Assembly (NCBI RefSeq): GCF_913055835.1
Contig: NZ_CAJXKQ010000008.1
Coordinates: 28,981-92,980 of the forward strand
From: an uncultured Marinobacter sp.
GTDB lineage: Bacteria; Pseudomonadota; Gammaproteobacteria; Pseudomonadales; Oleiphilaceae
DNA: 64,000 nt
Direction: 5' to 3'
The position numbers were made by a program, and so were the translations under genes. The notes below the pieces were generated by a model. The model saw nothing but the letters and a program-made list of their open reading frames with translations, ran no database searches and was not told where the DNA came from. Positions 19,337 through 29,967 of this stretch are shown in pieces (the first letter of the stretch is position 1; each line of letters starts with the position of its first letter).

Positions 19337-19362
19337 CCCCCTGCAAGACGAACTCCTTCATT

Positions 19363-19388
19363 GGCACCCCTCGGGGTGCCGTTTTTTT
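19363..19388 (+). terminator. Intrinsic terminator after fleR
   Basis: GGCACCC-ctcg-GGGTGCC followed by GTTTTTTT. Confidence 0.85.
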
Positions 19389-19473
19389 ATCCGTCGTCAA
19401 AAGTCCGTCAGTGATTTCTTGCGCACCAGGCGTTAGATATCTAACTGTATGATATTTAATGTTAAAAACTACT

Positions 19474-19489
19474 TGGCCTGCCAATTGCT
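19474..19489 (+). promoter_or_regulatory. Sigma54 promoter of the fliE operon
   Basis: TGGCCTGCCAATTGCT (GG-N10-GC) with upstream AT-rich (IHF-like) tract. Confidence 0.8.
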
Positions 19490-19554
19490 TTATCGGGACT
19501 AATAGCACCCCAAGAGCAAATCCGTCCCGGGGAGGGCGGCGCCAGGAGAAAGTT

Positions 19555-19923
19555 ATGGTTCAGCGTGCCGACATCAACAGTGTTTTGTCCGATATCCGGT
19601 CCCTGCGTTCCCAGATGATGCAGAACCAGCGGATCGAGCAGGATCAATCGGTTCGTGGCCGCATCGACGGTCCCCGCCAGGTTCAGGAAACCCAGGAAAC
19701 GCCCAGCTTCAATGACATGCTGAGCAATGCCGTGAACAACGTGAACGACCTCCAGAAAACCGCGGGGGATCTGCGAACCGCATACGATATGGGCGATCCG
19801 AACGTGGACATCACGCGCGTGATGATTGCCGCCCAGAAATCCTCTGTCTCCTTCGAAGCGCTGACCCAGGTACGTAACCGGGTGGTTCGGGCCTACGAAG
19901 ACATTATGAACATGCCGATCTGA
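19555..19923 (+). CDS. fliE: Hook-basal body protein FliE
   Basis: VMIAAQKSSVSFEALTQVRNRVVRAYEDIMNMPI; AGGAGA RBS before ATG 19555. Confidence 0.95.
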   Translation: MVQRADINSVLSDIRSLRSQMMQNQRIEQDQSVRGRIDGPRQVQETQETPSFNDMLSNAVNNVNDLQKTAGDLRTAYDMGDPNVDITRVMIAAQKSSVSFEALTQVRNRVVRAYEDIMNMPI

Positions 19924-19938
19924 TAACGGAGCAGAGTC

Positions 19939-21648
19939 ATGGCCAGCGTACCTGCAGAAACCAACGCCTCGAACATGCCGGCGGCCCGCGAGGGTGATGC
20001 GTCAGAGAGCCGTAGCGACCTTTTCATGGGGTTCAACCGGCTGAACCTGCTGCGCCAGATCGGCCTGATGGTAGGGCTTGCCGCCAGTGTAGCGTTGGGC
20101 CTGGCGGTTGTGCTTTGGGCCCAGGAGCCCAACTACCAGCCGGTGGTGGGCGATCTCTCCTCCTACAACCCCCAGGACGTAACCACCATCCTCGAGAGCA
20201 ACGGCATCGACTATAAAATGGACCCGCGCACCGGCGCGTTGCTGGTTCCCTCGGATCAGGTCTACAACGCGCGGCTGAAGCTGGCGGCCGAGGGTGTTAC
20301 AGATCGGCAAACCATGGGCTACGAGCTGCTGGACCAGGAGCGCGGTCTGGGTACGTCCCAATTCATGGAAACCATTTCTTATCGTCGTGGGCTCGAGGGT
20401 GAGCTTGCCCGCACCGTTGCCAGTATGCGCGGGGTGCGGAATGCACGGGTGCACCTGGCGATTCCGGAGCGCTCTGTGTTTGTACGCGATGCCCGCGATC
20501 CGTCTGCGTCGGTATTTCTCGAAGTCTTTGCTGGCCGCCGGCCGGAACAGGAGCAGATCAGTGCCATTGTGAACCTGGTAGCCGGCAGTGTTCCCATGAT
20601 GAGCAAGGAACATGTGACCGTTGTCGACCAGAACGGCAATTTGCTGACCGGCAAGGAAAGCCAGACCAATGCCGACCAGATGGCGGACCAGTATGAATAT
20701 ACCGCCAAAGTCGAGGAGCGCCTTACCCGCCGAGTCGCCTCGCTGATTGCACCGATTGTGGGTGATGGTCGCTATCGTGCTGAAGTCTCGGCAGATCTTG
20801 ATTTTTCCTCGGTGGAACAGGCAGAGGAGCTGTTTAATCCTGAACAACAGGCTGTCCGCAGTGAGCGTGAGCTAACGGAACAGCGTGCCGCAGGGGCCCA
20901 GGGCGGTATTCCCGGCGCGCTGGCGAACCAGCCGCCGGCCGATGCCGCTGTTCCGGAGCAGGCTGCCGGTGCTCAAGGCGATGGCGAAGGGGCGGCTCCC
21001 CAGCCGGTCAACGTGCGTCGTGAATCCACCCGGAACTACGAGATGGATCGAACGGTGAGCTACCGGCGGCAGGAGCTGGGACGAGTTAAGCGGGTTACTG
21101 TCGCTCTGGCGGTGGATGACATGAAAGTGGTCGATCCCCAGACTGGCGAAGTCAGCTACGAGCCCTGGCCGGAGCAGGAACTACAGCGCCTGAGCATGCT
21201 GGTGCGGGATGCAGTGGGTTATTCCGCTGCCCGGGGCGACAGTGTTACGGTGATGAATACTGCCTTCGCACCGGAAGAAACGGTTGAATTCGAAGCCCCG
21301 GCCTTCTGGGAGCAGCCCTGGTTCTGGGACCTGATGAAGCAGGTACTGGCCGGCCTGGTCATACTGGTTCTGGTGCTTGGGCTGCTGCGTCCCACGCTCA
21401 AGAGCCTGTCGGGCGGTGGTCAGCGGGAGCGTGGGCTGGATTCCGGAGATAGCGGCGGCTACGGCGCTCTGGACGACATAGAGGGTGGCGATGAGTTGCG
21501 CAAGGCCATGTCCTCCCAGGATGATCTTCTTTTGCCGGGTGCCACGGACGGTTATGATAGGCAGTTGAACGCACTGAAAGGTCTGATTGCCGAAGACCCG
21601 GCGCGGGTCGCACAGGTAATGCGCCAATGGGTGAATGTCGATGACTGA
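19939..21648 (+). CDS. fliF: MS-ring protein FliF
   Basis: ALEGELART-like GLEGELART, ARVHLAIPERSVF, two TM helices, DPARVAQVMRQW. Confidence 0.97.
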   Translation: MASVPAETNASNMPAAREGDASESRSDLFMGFNRLNLLRQIGLMVGLAASVALGLAVVLWAQEPNYQPVVGDLSSYNPQDVTTILESNGIDYKMDPRTGALLVPSDQVYNARLKLAAEGVTDRQTMGYELLDQERGLGTSQFMETISYRRGLEGELARTVASMRGVRNARVHLAIPERSVFVRDARDPSASVFLEVFAGRRPEQEQISAIVNLVAGSVPMMSKEHVTVVDQNGNLLTGKESQTNADQMADQYEYTAKVEERLTRRVASLIAPIVGDGRYRAEVSADLDFSSVEQAEELFNPEQQAVRSERELTEQRAAGAQGGIPGALANQPPADAAVPEQAAGAQGDGEGAAPQPVNVRRESTRNYEMDRTVSYRRQELGRVKRVTVALAVDDMKVVDPQTGEVSYEPWPEQELQRLSMLVRDAVGYSAARGDSVTVMNTAFAPEETVEFEAPAFWEQPWFWDLMKQVLAGLVILVLVLGLLRPTLKSLSGGGQRERGLDSGDSGGYGALDDIEGGDELRKAMSSQDDLLLPGATDGYDRQLNALKGLIAEDPARVAQVMRQWVNVDD

Positions 21649-22684
21649 GCAAGCCAATCAACAGGGTGGCACTGAGCCAAAGAAGCCCCAGCGGAAAATC
21701 CCGAGGGTGGAGCAGGCTGCGATTCTGCTGATGTCACTGGGCGAAGCAGACGCGGCTGAAATCCTCAAGCACATGGGCCCCAAGGAGGTTCAGCGTGTGG
21801 GCGTGGCCATGGCCCAGATGAAGGATGTCAGCAAAGACGAAGTCACCTACGTGATGAACCAGTTTGTCGATGCCGTGGGCGGTCAGACCGGTCTGGGTGT
21901 GGGCAATGACGAGTACATCCGGACGATGCTCACTCAGGCCCTGGGCGATGATAAGGCATCCAGCCTGATCGACCGTATCCTGATTGGCGGCAATACCACA
22001 GGGCTTGATACTCTCAAGTGGATGGAGCCCCGTGCCGTTGGGGACATCATTCGTTACGAACACCCGCAAATCCAGGCCATTGTTATTTCCTACCTCGACC
22101 CGGATCAGGCGGCCGAAATTCTTGGCACCCTGGATGAAAAAGTGCGCCTGGACGTCATGATGCGAGTGGCATCACTGGAGAGTATCCAGCCCCAGGCGCT
22201 GCAGGAGCTCAACGACATTCTGGAGAAACAGTTCTCCGGCGGTGCCGCCTCCCAGACCAGTCGTATTGGCGGGGTCAAGCGCGCAGCGGACATCATGAAC
22301 TTCATGGATCGGAGCATTGAAGGCAATCTGATGGATTCCATCAAGGACATGGATCCTGACCTTGCCAGCACCATCGAGGATCTGATGTTCGTGTTCGACA
22401 ACCTGAAGGAAGTGGACGATCGGGGCATCCAGGCATTGTTGCGGGAAGTGTCCTCGGAAGTCCTGGTGGTGGCTCTGAAGGGCGCCGACGAGGAAGTCCA
22501 GAACAAGATCTTCAAGAACATGTCCAAGCGTGCAGCGGAGCTGCTGCAGGATGATCTTGAGGCCAAGGGGCCGGTCAAAGTCAGCGAGGTTGAGTCGGCC
22601 CAGAAAGATATTATTACCATCGCACGTCGTATGGCCGAGGCCGGGGAAATCTCCCTCGGCGGCGCTGGCGAAGAAATGATGTGA
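21641..22684 (+). CDS. fliG: Motor switch protein FliG
   Basis: AAILLMSLGE, EHPQIQA, MFVFDNL, DDLEAKGPVKVSEVE (alternative ATG at 21635). Confidence 0.97.
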   Translation: MTEQANQQGGTEPKKPQRKIPRVEQAAILLMSLGEADAAEILKHMGPKEVQRVGVAMAQMKDVSKDEVTYVMNQFVDAVGGQTGLGVGNDEYIRTMLTQALGDDKASSLIDRILIGGNTTGLDTLKWMEPRAVGDIIRYEHPQIQAIVISYLDPDQAAEILGTLDEKVRLDVMMRVASLESIQPQALQELNDILEKQFSGGAASQTSRIGGVKRAADIMNFMDRSIEGNLMDSIKDMDPDLASTIEDLMFVFDNLKEVDDRGIQALLREVSSEVLVVALKGADEEVQNKIFKNMSKRAAELLQDDLEAKGPVKVSEVESAQKDIITIARRMAEAGEISLGGAGEEMM

Positions 22685-23577
22685 TGAAAGATTCCAGCCG
22701 AGATGTAAACCGGATCCCGAAGGAGCAGCTGACCGCCTATGAACGCTGGGAGCTGCCACTGCTGGACGCCCGAGGCAACGAAGTGGCCCGGGAAGAGGAG
22801 CGGGAAGTCAAACCCCTGACGGCAGCTGACATAGACGAGATCCGTCAGGCAGCCCGTGAAGACGGCTATAAAGAGGGGCGTGACCAGGGCTACGAGGACG
22901 GTCTGAAAGCCGGGAAGGAAGAAGGGCACAGGGAAGGTCTGGAAAGCGGCCTTGAAGAAGGCAGGGAGCAGGGCAGAACCCAGGGCTACGACGACACGCG
23001 CAAGGAAATCGATACCAAACTCGACCGTCTCGAACATTTGCTGGGTGAGCTGCTGCTGCCAATAAAACGGCATGAAGACGAACTTGAAACCTCGCTGGTC
23101 AATCTGACCACGGTTCTGGCGCGGGCTGTCGTCTACCGTGAACTGACCATCGACTCCTCCCAGATCCGGCATGTGGTTCGCCGCGCCGTCGAAGCGTTAC
23201 CTTCCACCGCTGAAAACATCCGCATCCACATCAATCCCGAAGATTGCGAGATGGTCCGTGAGGTGACCGCTCGCCTGGATGCCTCCGCCTCGGTCATTGA
23301 AGACGCCAGCATTCTGCCCGGTGGCTGCAAGGTGGAAACCCGCCACAGCCTGGTGGATTTCACCGTTGAAAAACGCTTCCAGCGGGCGGTTCAGAGCATG
23401 CTGGACCAGCAGTTGAACGACAGCGAGGTCGGAGAAACCGAGGAGCTGGATTCCATGATGGAAGACCTGACGGGTTTCCATCGGGACGTACTGGATTCAC
23501 GGGATTCCGGCGAACCCGCAGACGACCCGAAGCCGGCTGAAGACGAAGGTGACGGCGATGACCTCGAACCTCGCTGA
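22684..23577 (+). CDS. fliH: Flagellar export protein FliH
   Basis: AYERWELP N-terminus, GxxxG repeats, GGCKVET. Confidence 0.93.
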   Translation: MKDSSRDVNRIPKEQLTAYERWELPLLDARGNEVAREEEREVKPLTAADIDEIRQAAREDGYKEGRDQGYEDGLKAGKEEGHREGLESGLEEGREQGRTQGYDDTRKEIDTKLDRLEHLLGELLLPIKRHEDELETSLVNLTTVLARAVVYRELTIDSSQIRHVVRRAVEALPSTAENIRIHINPEDCEMVREVTARLDASASVIEDASILPGGCKVETRHSLVDFTVEKRFQRAVQSMLDQQLNDSEVGETEELDSMMEDLTGFHRDVLDSRDSGEPADDPKPAEDEGDGDDLEPR

Positions 23578-24952
23578 TCGCCTGAACCGTTTTCAGGGCT
23601 TTCTGGGCAACGAACCTGAACCTGAGCTCTCCGGCCGATTGACCCGCATGGTCGGCCTCACCCTCGAGTGTGTTGGCTGTCCGATGGTCGTCGGTGACCG
23701 TTGCGTGATCTTCGGCCAGAACACCGGCAATGTTGAAGCCGAGGTGGTGGGGTTCGAGGACGACAAGGTTTACCTGATGCCCCTCACGGCGATTGAAGGA
23801 CTCAAGCCCGGTGCCAGGGTGGTGCCTCTTTCCGCAGCGAGCCGCGTGCCGGTAGGGCCGCAGTTGCTCGGTCGCGTAGTGGATGGCAGTGGCGAGCCCC
23901 TGGACGGGAAAGGCCCTCTGCAGGCCGAGGCTCGCGTTGCGCTTACCGGCGACATCATCAATCCCCTGAATCGTGCGCCGGTGCGACAGTCCATGGATGT
24001 GGGTATCCGGGCAATTAATGCGCTGATGACCGTCGGTCAGGGGCAGCGCCTCGGTCTGTTTGCCGGCAGTGGCGTGGGCAAGAGTATGCTGCTGGGTATG
24101 ATGACCCGTTTCACCGATGCCGACATCACCGTCGTCGGCTTGATTGGTGAACGGGGGCGTGAGGTAAAGGAGTTTATCGAAGACATACTGGGCGAGGAGG
24201 GCCTTTCCCGCTCGGTAGTGGTTGCAGCGCCGGCTGATGACTCCCCACTGATGCGGCTGCGCGCCGCCATGCTGACCACCCGGATTGCCGAGTACTACCG
24301 GGATCAGGGCAAGCGGGTGCTGCTGCTGATGGATTCCCTGACCCGCTATGCGCAGGCCCAGCGGGAAATTGCTCTGGCCGTGGGTGAGCCGCCGGCGACC
24401 AAAGGCTACCCGCCTTCGGTGTTTGCCAAGCTGCCCCAGTTGGTGGAGCGAACCGGCAACGGCCGACCCGGGGGCGGCTCAATCACTGCGTTCTATACCG
24501 TGCTTACTGAAGGCGACGACCAGCAGGACCCGATTGCCGATGCGGCACGTGCGATTCTGGACGGCCATATCGTGCTGTCCCGTCGGCTTGCCGAAGAGGG
24601 ACATTATCCGGCCATTGATGTGGAGGCTTCCATCAGCCGGGTGATGCCCCAGGTCACCGAGACCGAACATTTCTCCAGAGCCCAACGGTTCAAACAGGTG
24701 TATTCCCGTTATCAGCAGGCCCGGGACCTGATTTCCGTGGGCGCCTATGTGAAGGGCTCGGACCCGGAGACCGATTTTGCCATCACGCACATCGGCAATA
24801 TGCGGCAGTTTCTGCAGCAGGGGCTGAATGAAAGCGCCCCGTTGAAAGAAAGTGTTGAGCAGTTGCTGGCAGTGGTACCGGAGCGCCGGTCTCCCGAGCG
24901 GCGCAAATCGGCAGTTCCGAATCCGGCCTCGGGCGGCGGGGGTGACGCCTGA
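23558..24952 (+). CDS. fliI: Flagellar export ATPase FliI
   Basis: AGSGVGKS Walker [19 protein letters not shown]. Confidence 0.97.
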   Translation: MTSNLADRLNRFQGFLGNEPEPELSGRLTRMVGLTLECVGCPMVVGDRCVIFGQNTGNVEAEVVGFEDDKVYLMPLTAIEGLKPGARVVPLSAASRVPVGPQLLGRVVDGSGEPLDGKGPLQAEARVALTGDIINPLNRAPVRQSMDVGIRAINALMTVGQGQRLGLFAGSGVGKSMLLGMMTRFTDADITVVGLIGERGREVKEFIEDILGEEGLSRSVVVAAPADDSPLMRLRAAMLTTRIAEYYRDQGKRVLLLMDSLTRYAQAQREIALAVGEPPATKGYPPSVFAKLPQLVERTGNGRPGGGSITAFYTVLTEGDDQQDPIADAARAILDGHIVLSRRLAEEGHYPAIDVEASISRVMPQVTETEHFSRAQRFKQVYSRYQQARDLISVGAYVKGSDPETDFAITHIGNMRQFLQQGLNESAPLKESVEQLLAVVPERRSPERRKSAVPNPASGGGGDA

Positions 24953-25395
24953 TGCTGCGATCCCGGCGGCTGGAAGTGGTACTTTCCCTTGAAGAGCGAA
25001 AGGAGCAGGAAGCTCTGGAGCGTATGGGCGAGGCTCGAAAACTGGCGGAGCAGCAGCGTGAACAGGTGCAGAACCTGAACCGGTATCAACAGGAATACCG
25101 GGATCAGATCCGCAACAGCCAGCAGGGTGTGGTGCAGGTGTCGCGTCTCCAGGCCTGGCAGGCCTTTATCGCGCAACTGGATCAGGTGATCCGTCAACAG
25201 CAGAAGCAGCTGGAGCAGGCTGAGCAGGTCTTCGAGGCGCGCAAGCAGGAATGGCAACAGGCCTGGGAGCGGCGGCGTGGCATGGAAAAGTACATCGAAA
25301 CCTGCCGCCAACAGGAGCAGAAAGAGCAGGATCTTCGCGAACAGAAAATCTCGGACGAGGCAGCCGGGCGGGCCTTTAATCGCCGTCGACGCTGA
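24952..25395 (+). CDS. fliJ: Flagellar export chaperone FliJ
   Basis: Coiled-coil, Q/E/R-rich, EQKEQDLREQKISDE; follows fliI. Confidence 0.92.
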   Translation: MLRSRRLEVVLSLEERKEQEALERMGEARKLAEQQREQVQNLNRYQQEYRDQIRNSQQGVVQVSRLQAWQAFIAQLDQVIRQQQKQLEQAEQVFEARKQEWQQAWERRRGMEKYIETCRQQEQKEQDLREQKISDEAAGRAFNRRRR

Positions 25396-25518
25396 ACCTT
25401 GCTCCACATCAAGTAAATACGGATGCAAAATCAGTCCACTCAGCTATCCTTACCGAAAGGAAGAACTGGCGGAAACCGCCGGTTTAATGCTGCTCTTGAT
25501 ACCCCGGGAGGTTAAGGA

Positions 25519-25824
25519 ATGCCGATTCAGACGCGCCGCGATGATGACGGTCAGACCCTTGTTATCAGTATCGAGGGGCGGTTTGATTTCAGCACCCATC
25601 AGGCGTTCCGGGACGCCTATGAGCACGGCGATCCGGATGTCCGCTACTACATTGTGGACCTGTCGGACACCACCTACCTGGACAGCTCGGCCCTTGGCAT
25701 GTTGTTGTTGCTCAGGGATTACGCGGGGGGTGACAGCGCCCGCATTGTGATCGAAAACTGCAATAACGATGTACGGCGGATTCTTTCCATCTCCAATTTC
25801 GAGCAATTGTTCAACATCCGCTGA
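25519..25824 (+). CDS. hsbA: STAS anti-anti-sigma factor (HsbA-like)
   Basis: GRFDF, TTYLDSSALGMLL (phospho-Ser motif); adjacent to HsbR/HptB-like genes. Confidence 0.85.
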   Translation: MPIQTRRDDDGQTLVISIEGRFDFSTHQAFRDAYEHGDPDVRYYIVDLSDTTYLDSSALGMLLLLRDYAGGDSARIVIENCNNDVRRILSISNFEQLFNIR

Positions 25825-25848
25825 TACTCGCGGACTGCCGGAGTAGTC

Positions 25849-27606
25849 ATGGATGATCCCGTCGCAGAACACACCAGGCCTCTGAGAATACTCATCGCTG
25901 ACGATTCGGACAGCGACCGGCTTATCCTCAAAACACTCCTCAAGCGTCTTGGGCACGAGGTTCTGGACGTGGCCAACGGGCTGGATGCAGTTTCATTATT
26001 CCGGCAGGAAGCACCGGATCTGGTTCTGCTCGACGCCCTCATGCCGATCATGGACGGGATGGAGGCTGCCCGTGAGATAAAATTTCTGGCTGGCGAGCGG
26101 CTGGTTCCGCTGATCTTCCTGACCTCCCTGTCTGAGGCCAGCGCGCTGGCCCGCTGCCTGGAGGCCGGTGGCGATGATTTTCTGAGCAAGCCCTACAACC
26201 GGATCATCATCGAAGCCAAGATCAAGGCGTTCAACCGGATGCGGCTCATGCACCAGACCCTGACGGACCAGCGGGATCTGATACGAGAGCGGAATCGACA
26301 GCTGACCGAAGAGCAGGAAATTGCCAAGCGGGTATTCGACAACGTTGCCCACTCGGGTTGCCTGGATGCCACCAACATTCGCTATCACGCCTCGCCCCAG
26401 TCCATTTTCAATGGTGATGTGCTGTTCGCCTCGCCACGGCCGGCGGGCGGGGTGTTGATCTTCATGGGGGACTTCACCGGCCATGGTCTGCCTGCTGCCA
26501 TTGGTGCCATGCCGGTTGCCGAGATCTTCTATGGTATGGCCAACAAAGGCTTTAACGGTCAGGACGTATTGCGGGAGATTAATCAGAAGCTCAAACGTAT
26601 TCTGCCCACCGGCATGTTCTGCTGTGGCGCCATGGTCGAGGCGGACTTCAAGCTCAACCAGGTGCAGATCTGGAATGGTGGTCTGCCAGACAGCTGGCTG
26701 ATTCGGGCCTCGGGGGAGCAGGTGGCATTGCCGTCCAGGCATCTGCCACTCGGTATCCTTGCGCCTGACCAGTTCAATGCCGAATTCGAAAGGGTCGGTG
26801 CTGCCCCGGGTGATCGGGTGCTGATGATGACCGACGGCTTTCTGGAATCTGCCGACAGCGCCGGCAACGTGTTTGGAGAGCGGGGGGTTACCGGCACGCT
26901 GGATCGACTGGATGTGGGCGACCACCCGTTTGACGCCATGATGGCCGCGGTTCACCGGTTTACCGGCAACTTTGAGGATGGCGACGACCTGACGCTTTGC
27001 TGTCTGGAAATGATGGACGAGGCGGGTTTTGCTACCCTGCCGGACCGCGCTGCACCGTCTGCTCTGGCAGGGCCGGCGGAATGGCGATGCACCTACGAAA
27101 TCCGGGAAAGGACCCTCGGCGAGTTCAGTCCCCTGCCTCTGTTGCTCCATATCTGCATGGAAGTGCCGGGCCTGCGAAGGAAAAGCGGCGAAATCTATAC
27201 CTTGCTGGCGGAACTCTATAACAATGCACTGGAACACGGTGTTCTGGAGCTGCCGTCGGAATGGAAGCACTCACCGGAGGGCTTTGGCCGTTATTATGCC
27301 GAGCGCAATCGGCGTCTGGCCAGCGTCGAGGGGCACTACATCCGGTTTACACTGCATCATTCCCTGAAACCGGATGGCGGCCGGCTTCGTGTTGTTTGCG
27401 AGGACAGTGGCCAGGGGTTTGATTTCCGGAATCATCCCAGTGTGGCCTCCGGTATTTCCCCAACGACGAGCGGGCGTTATGCAGGGCGGGGCCTGCTGCT
27501 CTTGAAACGTCTGGCTGAGACCATCAGGTTTCATGAACAGGGCAATCATGTTGAAATTGTTTATGATTGGCAGTTCGCCCGTACAGCGGAGAATCGAAAT
27601 GACTGA
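25849..27606 (+). CDS. hsbR: Receiver-PP2C phosphatase-Ser kinase fusion (HsbR-like)
   Basis: REC (VLLDALMP), GDFTGHGLPAA, MTDG, DDLT, then ELYNNALEHG, EDSGQGFD, GRGLLLL. Confidence 0.88.
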   Translation: MDDPVAEHTRPLRILIADDSDSDRLILKTLLKRLGHEVLDVANGLDAVSLFRQEAPDLVLLDALMPIMDGMEAAREIKFLAGERLVPLIFLTSLSEASALARCLEAGGDDFLSKPYNRIIIEAKIKAFNRMRLMHQTLTDQRDLIRERNRQLTEEQEIAKRVFDNVAHSGCLDATNIRYHASPQSIFNGDVLFASPRPAGGVLIFMGDFTGHGLPAAIGAMPVAEIFYGMANKGFNGQDVLREINQKLKRILPTGMFCCGAMVEADFKLNQVQIWNGGLPDSWLIRASGEQVALPSRHLPLGILAPDQFNAEFERVGAAPGDRVLMMTDGFLESADSAGNVFGERGVTGTLDRLDVGDHPFDAMMAAVHRFTGNFEDGDDLTLCCLEMMDEAGFATLPDRAAPSALAGPAEWRCTYEIRERTLGEFSPLPLLLHICMEVPGLRRKSGEIYTLLAELYNNALEHGVLELPSEWKHSPEGFGRYYAERNRRLASVEGHYIRFTLHHSLKPDGGRLRVVCEDSGQGFDFRNHPSVASGISPTTSGRYAGRGLLLLKRLAETIRFHEQGNHVEIVYDWQFARTAENRND

Positions 27607-27946
27607 TAAACCACACCTGGACGAGGAGGCACTGGCAGAACTTCGCGACGTCATGGAGGATGAGTTCGAAGTGCTGATACAGACCTATCTGGCAGATTCC
27701 CGGGACAGAATCCGGGCGCTACGGGAAGGCCTCAAGGCAGAGGACAGTGACGCATTTGCCAGAACCGCCCACAGTTTCAAGGGCAGTTGCATCAATATCG
27801 GGGCTCCCAGGCTTGGTGATCTCTGTCTGAAGGCCGAGGTGGCCGGGAAAGAGTCGCGGCTGGAAGATGCGCCGGATTTGCTGGATGAGATCGACAGGGA
27901 ATTCGAGCAGGTTATCAAGCGCCTGGACGGATTGCTGGTTCGATAG
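27599..27946 (+). CDS. hptB: Hpt phosphotransfer protein (HptB-like)
   Basis: TAHSFKGSCINIGA; 8-bp overlap with hsbR; start moved to ATG 27599. Confidence 0.88.
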   Translation: MTDKPHLDEEALAELRDVMEDEFEVLIQTYLADSRDRIRALREGLKAEDSDAFARTAHSFKGSCINIGAPRLGDLCLKAEVAGKESRLEDAPDLLDEIDREFEQVIKRLDGLLVR

Positions 27947-27959
27947 TTTTTCTTTGCTC

Positions 27960-27975
27960 TGGCATCACAATTGCT
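27960..27975 (+). promoter_or_regulatory. Sigma54 promoter of fliK
   Basis: TGGCATCACAATTGCT (GG-N10-GC). Confidence 0.8.
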
Positions 27976-28068
27976 AAGTCTTTCGCATAGAGAGGATTAA
28001 CCGCCCGAACACTGGCCAGGTCCGGCAAGGTGAGGGCGACAATGCGATAAAAGCGGCAAGAGGTTGCC

Positions 28069-29256
28069 ATGGCCCAGATGGTTCTCCCCCAAACCCCCGC
28101 GCCGGGGACTCAGCAAGATCCCGGCCCGTCAAAATCCGGAAACAGCCGGGACCCGGCTGACAGAAAAAGCGATTTTGAATCTGTCTCCCAGGCAGAGAAG
28201 AAGCGGCTGGACCGCCAGAAAGCGGATCGCCACGCCGATGCAAAGTCTGCTGATGAATCCCGGTCTGCCCGCGACGCGGACTCCGATGCAAAGACAGAAG
28301 CCAGCGCCCGCACCGAGGCAAAAGGCGGCGAGAAGGCCGATGCTGTCGCTGATGCCCAGCAGCGGGAATCTGCTGAAACGGCTGTTGCCGCTGAGGGCGA
28401 AGCCGAGCCAACAGCGCTGCCACTCACTTTTGTCGAGTTACAGTCCTGGTTGAACCCACAAGCCGGTCGATCCGGCGCGGCGGCCTTGTCTGCGGGAGGG
28501 CCGGGTGCAGGCGTCAATGGTGCAAGCGGTTCTGGTCAAACCAATGCCGTTGCCGGGCTGTTCAATGGTGTTCTCTCATCTGCCGCGGGGCAGAACGGGC
28601 AGGCCTCTGCGGGTGTTGTAACCGGCGATGCCACATTGACCGATGCTATGAAGGCTTCGGTACTGACCGATACCGGTCGAAACGCGGACTCCGGCTCGCT
28701 GATCGGCTCTGGCCGCTTTCAGTCGGCCATGGATCTCGTCTCGCAGCAGGTGGCCAATGGCGCTAATCGGGCGGCCAAACTGGCAGCCGAGAACGCTGCG
28801 CCGTTGCGAGGTTATGCCACCTCCATCGACGTGCCGGTCGGCCATGCCGAATGGGGCGACAAGCTGGTCGGCAAGCTGAGCTGGCTGACCGCCCGCAACA
28901 TGTCGGTTGCAGAAATCCACCTGACACCCCCGGATATGGGCCCCATGGAGGTAAAGGTACGGGTGCAGAATGAGCAGGCGAACATTACCGTGCATTCCGC
29001 GAATCCGGTGGTCCGGGACCAACTGGAACTTCACTCCCACCGGCTGAGGGACATGTTGGGTGAGCAGGGGCTGTCTCTGGCCGGCTTCGACGTTTCTGAT
29101 TCTCCCCGGCAGCAGACCGGCGAACAGGGTACAGGAAGCGGTGATGGCTCAAGTGCAGATTCGGCGTCGCTGGCTGCTGGCGATCAGGACGACGACAACA
29201 CCGGCTCTGGCAGCCTGGATCTGAGCTGGAAAGGCGAAGTGGATATCTTCGCCTGA
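28069..29256 (+). CDS. fliK: Hook-length control protein FliK
   Basis: Low-complexity N-terminus; C-terminal T3S4 domain AEIHLTPPDMGPMEVKV..RLRDMLGEQGL; ends VDIFA. Confidence 0.92.
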   Translation: MAQMVLPQTPAPGTQQDPGPSKSGNSRDPADRKSDFESVSQAEKKRLDRQKADRHADAKSADESRSARDADSDAKTEASARTEAKGGEKADAVADAQQRESAETAVAAEGEAEPTALPLTFVELQSWLNPQAGRSGAAALSAGGPGAGVNGASGSGQTNAVAGLFNGVLSSAAGQNGQASAGVVTGDATLTDAMKASVLTDTGRNADSGSLIGSGRFQSAMDLVSQQVANGANRAAKLAAENAAPLRGYATSIDVPVGHAEWGDKLVGKLSWLTARNMSVAEIHLTPPDMGPMEVKVRVQNEQANITVHSANPVVRDQLELHSHRLRDMLGEQGLSLAGFDVSDSPRQQTGEQGTGSGDGSSADSASLAAGDQDDDNTGSGSLDLSWKGEVDIFA

Positions 29257-29343
29257 CACCCTCCGAGTTTCTCCTTCAATCTCTTTTGCCCATCCTTCCC
29301 GGCAACGCTAAACTGCTGTTCTGAACGGGAAGGTTGGGCATTC

Positions 29344-29359
29344 TGGCCCGCCCTTTGCA
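29344..29359 (+). promoter_or_regulatory. Sigma54 promoter of the fliL operon
   Basis: TGGCCCGCCCTTTGCA (GG-N10-GC). Confidence 0.72.
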
Positions 29360-29421
29360 TCCAATCCTGAAAAGTCAGGGAAAAACTCGCTCTCTGACGG
29401 ATTTCTGGCAAATCAAAGACT

Positions 29422-29931
29422 ATGGCTGAAAATAACGAATCTGAAGCGGCTCCCGCCAAGAAAGGAAAACTGAAGCTGATCATCATGCTGGTCGTGGTGG
29501 TGATCCTGGCGATAGTGTTGTCTGTGGTGGGCACTCTTTGGTTCCTTGGTGACGGTTTGCCGGGCATGGGGGATGACGAGGGCGAAGCGGCCGAGACTGC
29601 AGAGCAAACCTTTGTACCCAGCAGCTACTACCTGATGGACAAGGCGGTGGTAACCACCGTTCAGGCGGAAGGCCGTCAGCGGTATGCCCAGGTTTATCTG
29701 GCGCTCGAGTCTACGGATCAACAGGCACTGGAAGCCGCCAAGTTGCATATGCCCTTGATTCGAAGCCAGTTGGTTACGGTTCTTGGGAGCAGCGATTTCA
29801 ATGACTTGCAGACACCCGAGGGTCGGAGCAGCCTGGCCGACCGGATGCTGACTACCGTCAATCAGGTGCTGGAGCAGGAAGGCGAGCCCGCTATCAAACG
29901 GGTGTTATTCAGAAATTTTGTCGTGCAATAG
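29422..29931 (+). CDS. fliL: Flagellar basal body protein FliL
   Basis: Single N-terminal TM, HMPLIRSQLV, VLFRNFVVQ. Confidence 0.93.
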   Translation: MAENNESEAAPAKKGKLKLIIMLVVVVILAIVLSVVGTLWFLGDGLPGMGDDEGEAAETAEQTFVPSSYYLMDKAVVTTVQAEGRQRYAQVYLALESTDQQALEAAKLHMPLIRSQLVTVLGSSDFNDLQTPEGRSSLADRMLTTVNQVLEQEGEPAIKRVLFRNFVVQ

Positions 29932-29967
29932 CGCACGGGCCACGGTACTTCAGGGGCAGGACTACGT

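Noticed and set aside
22852-22995. Glycine-periodic repeats in FliH
   Set aside because: GxxxG repeats are a known general feature of FliH
25519-27946. hsbA-hsbR-hptB partner-switch module inside the fli cluster as a novelty
   Set aside because: Known system, and this location between fliJ and fliK is seen in pseudomonads
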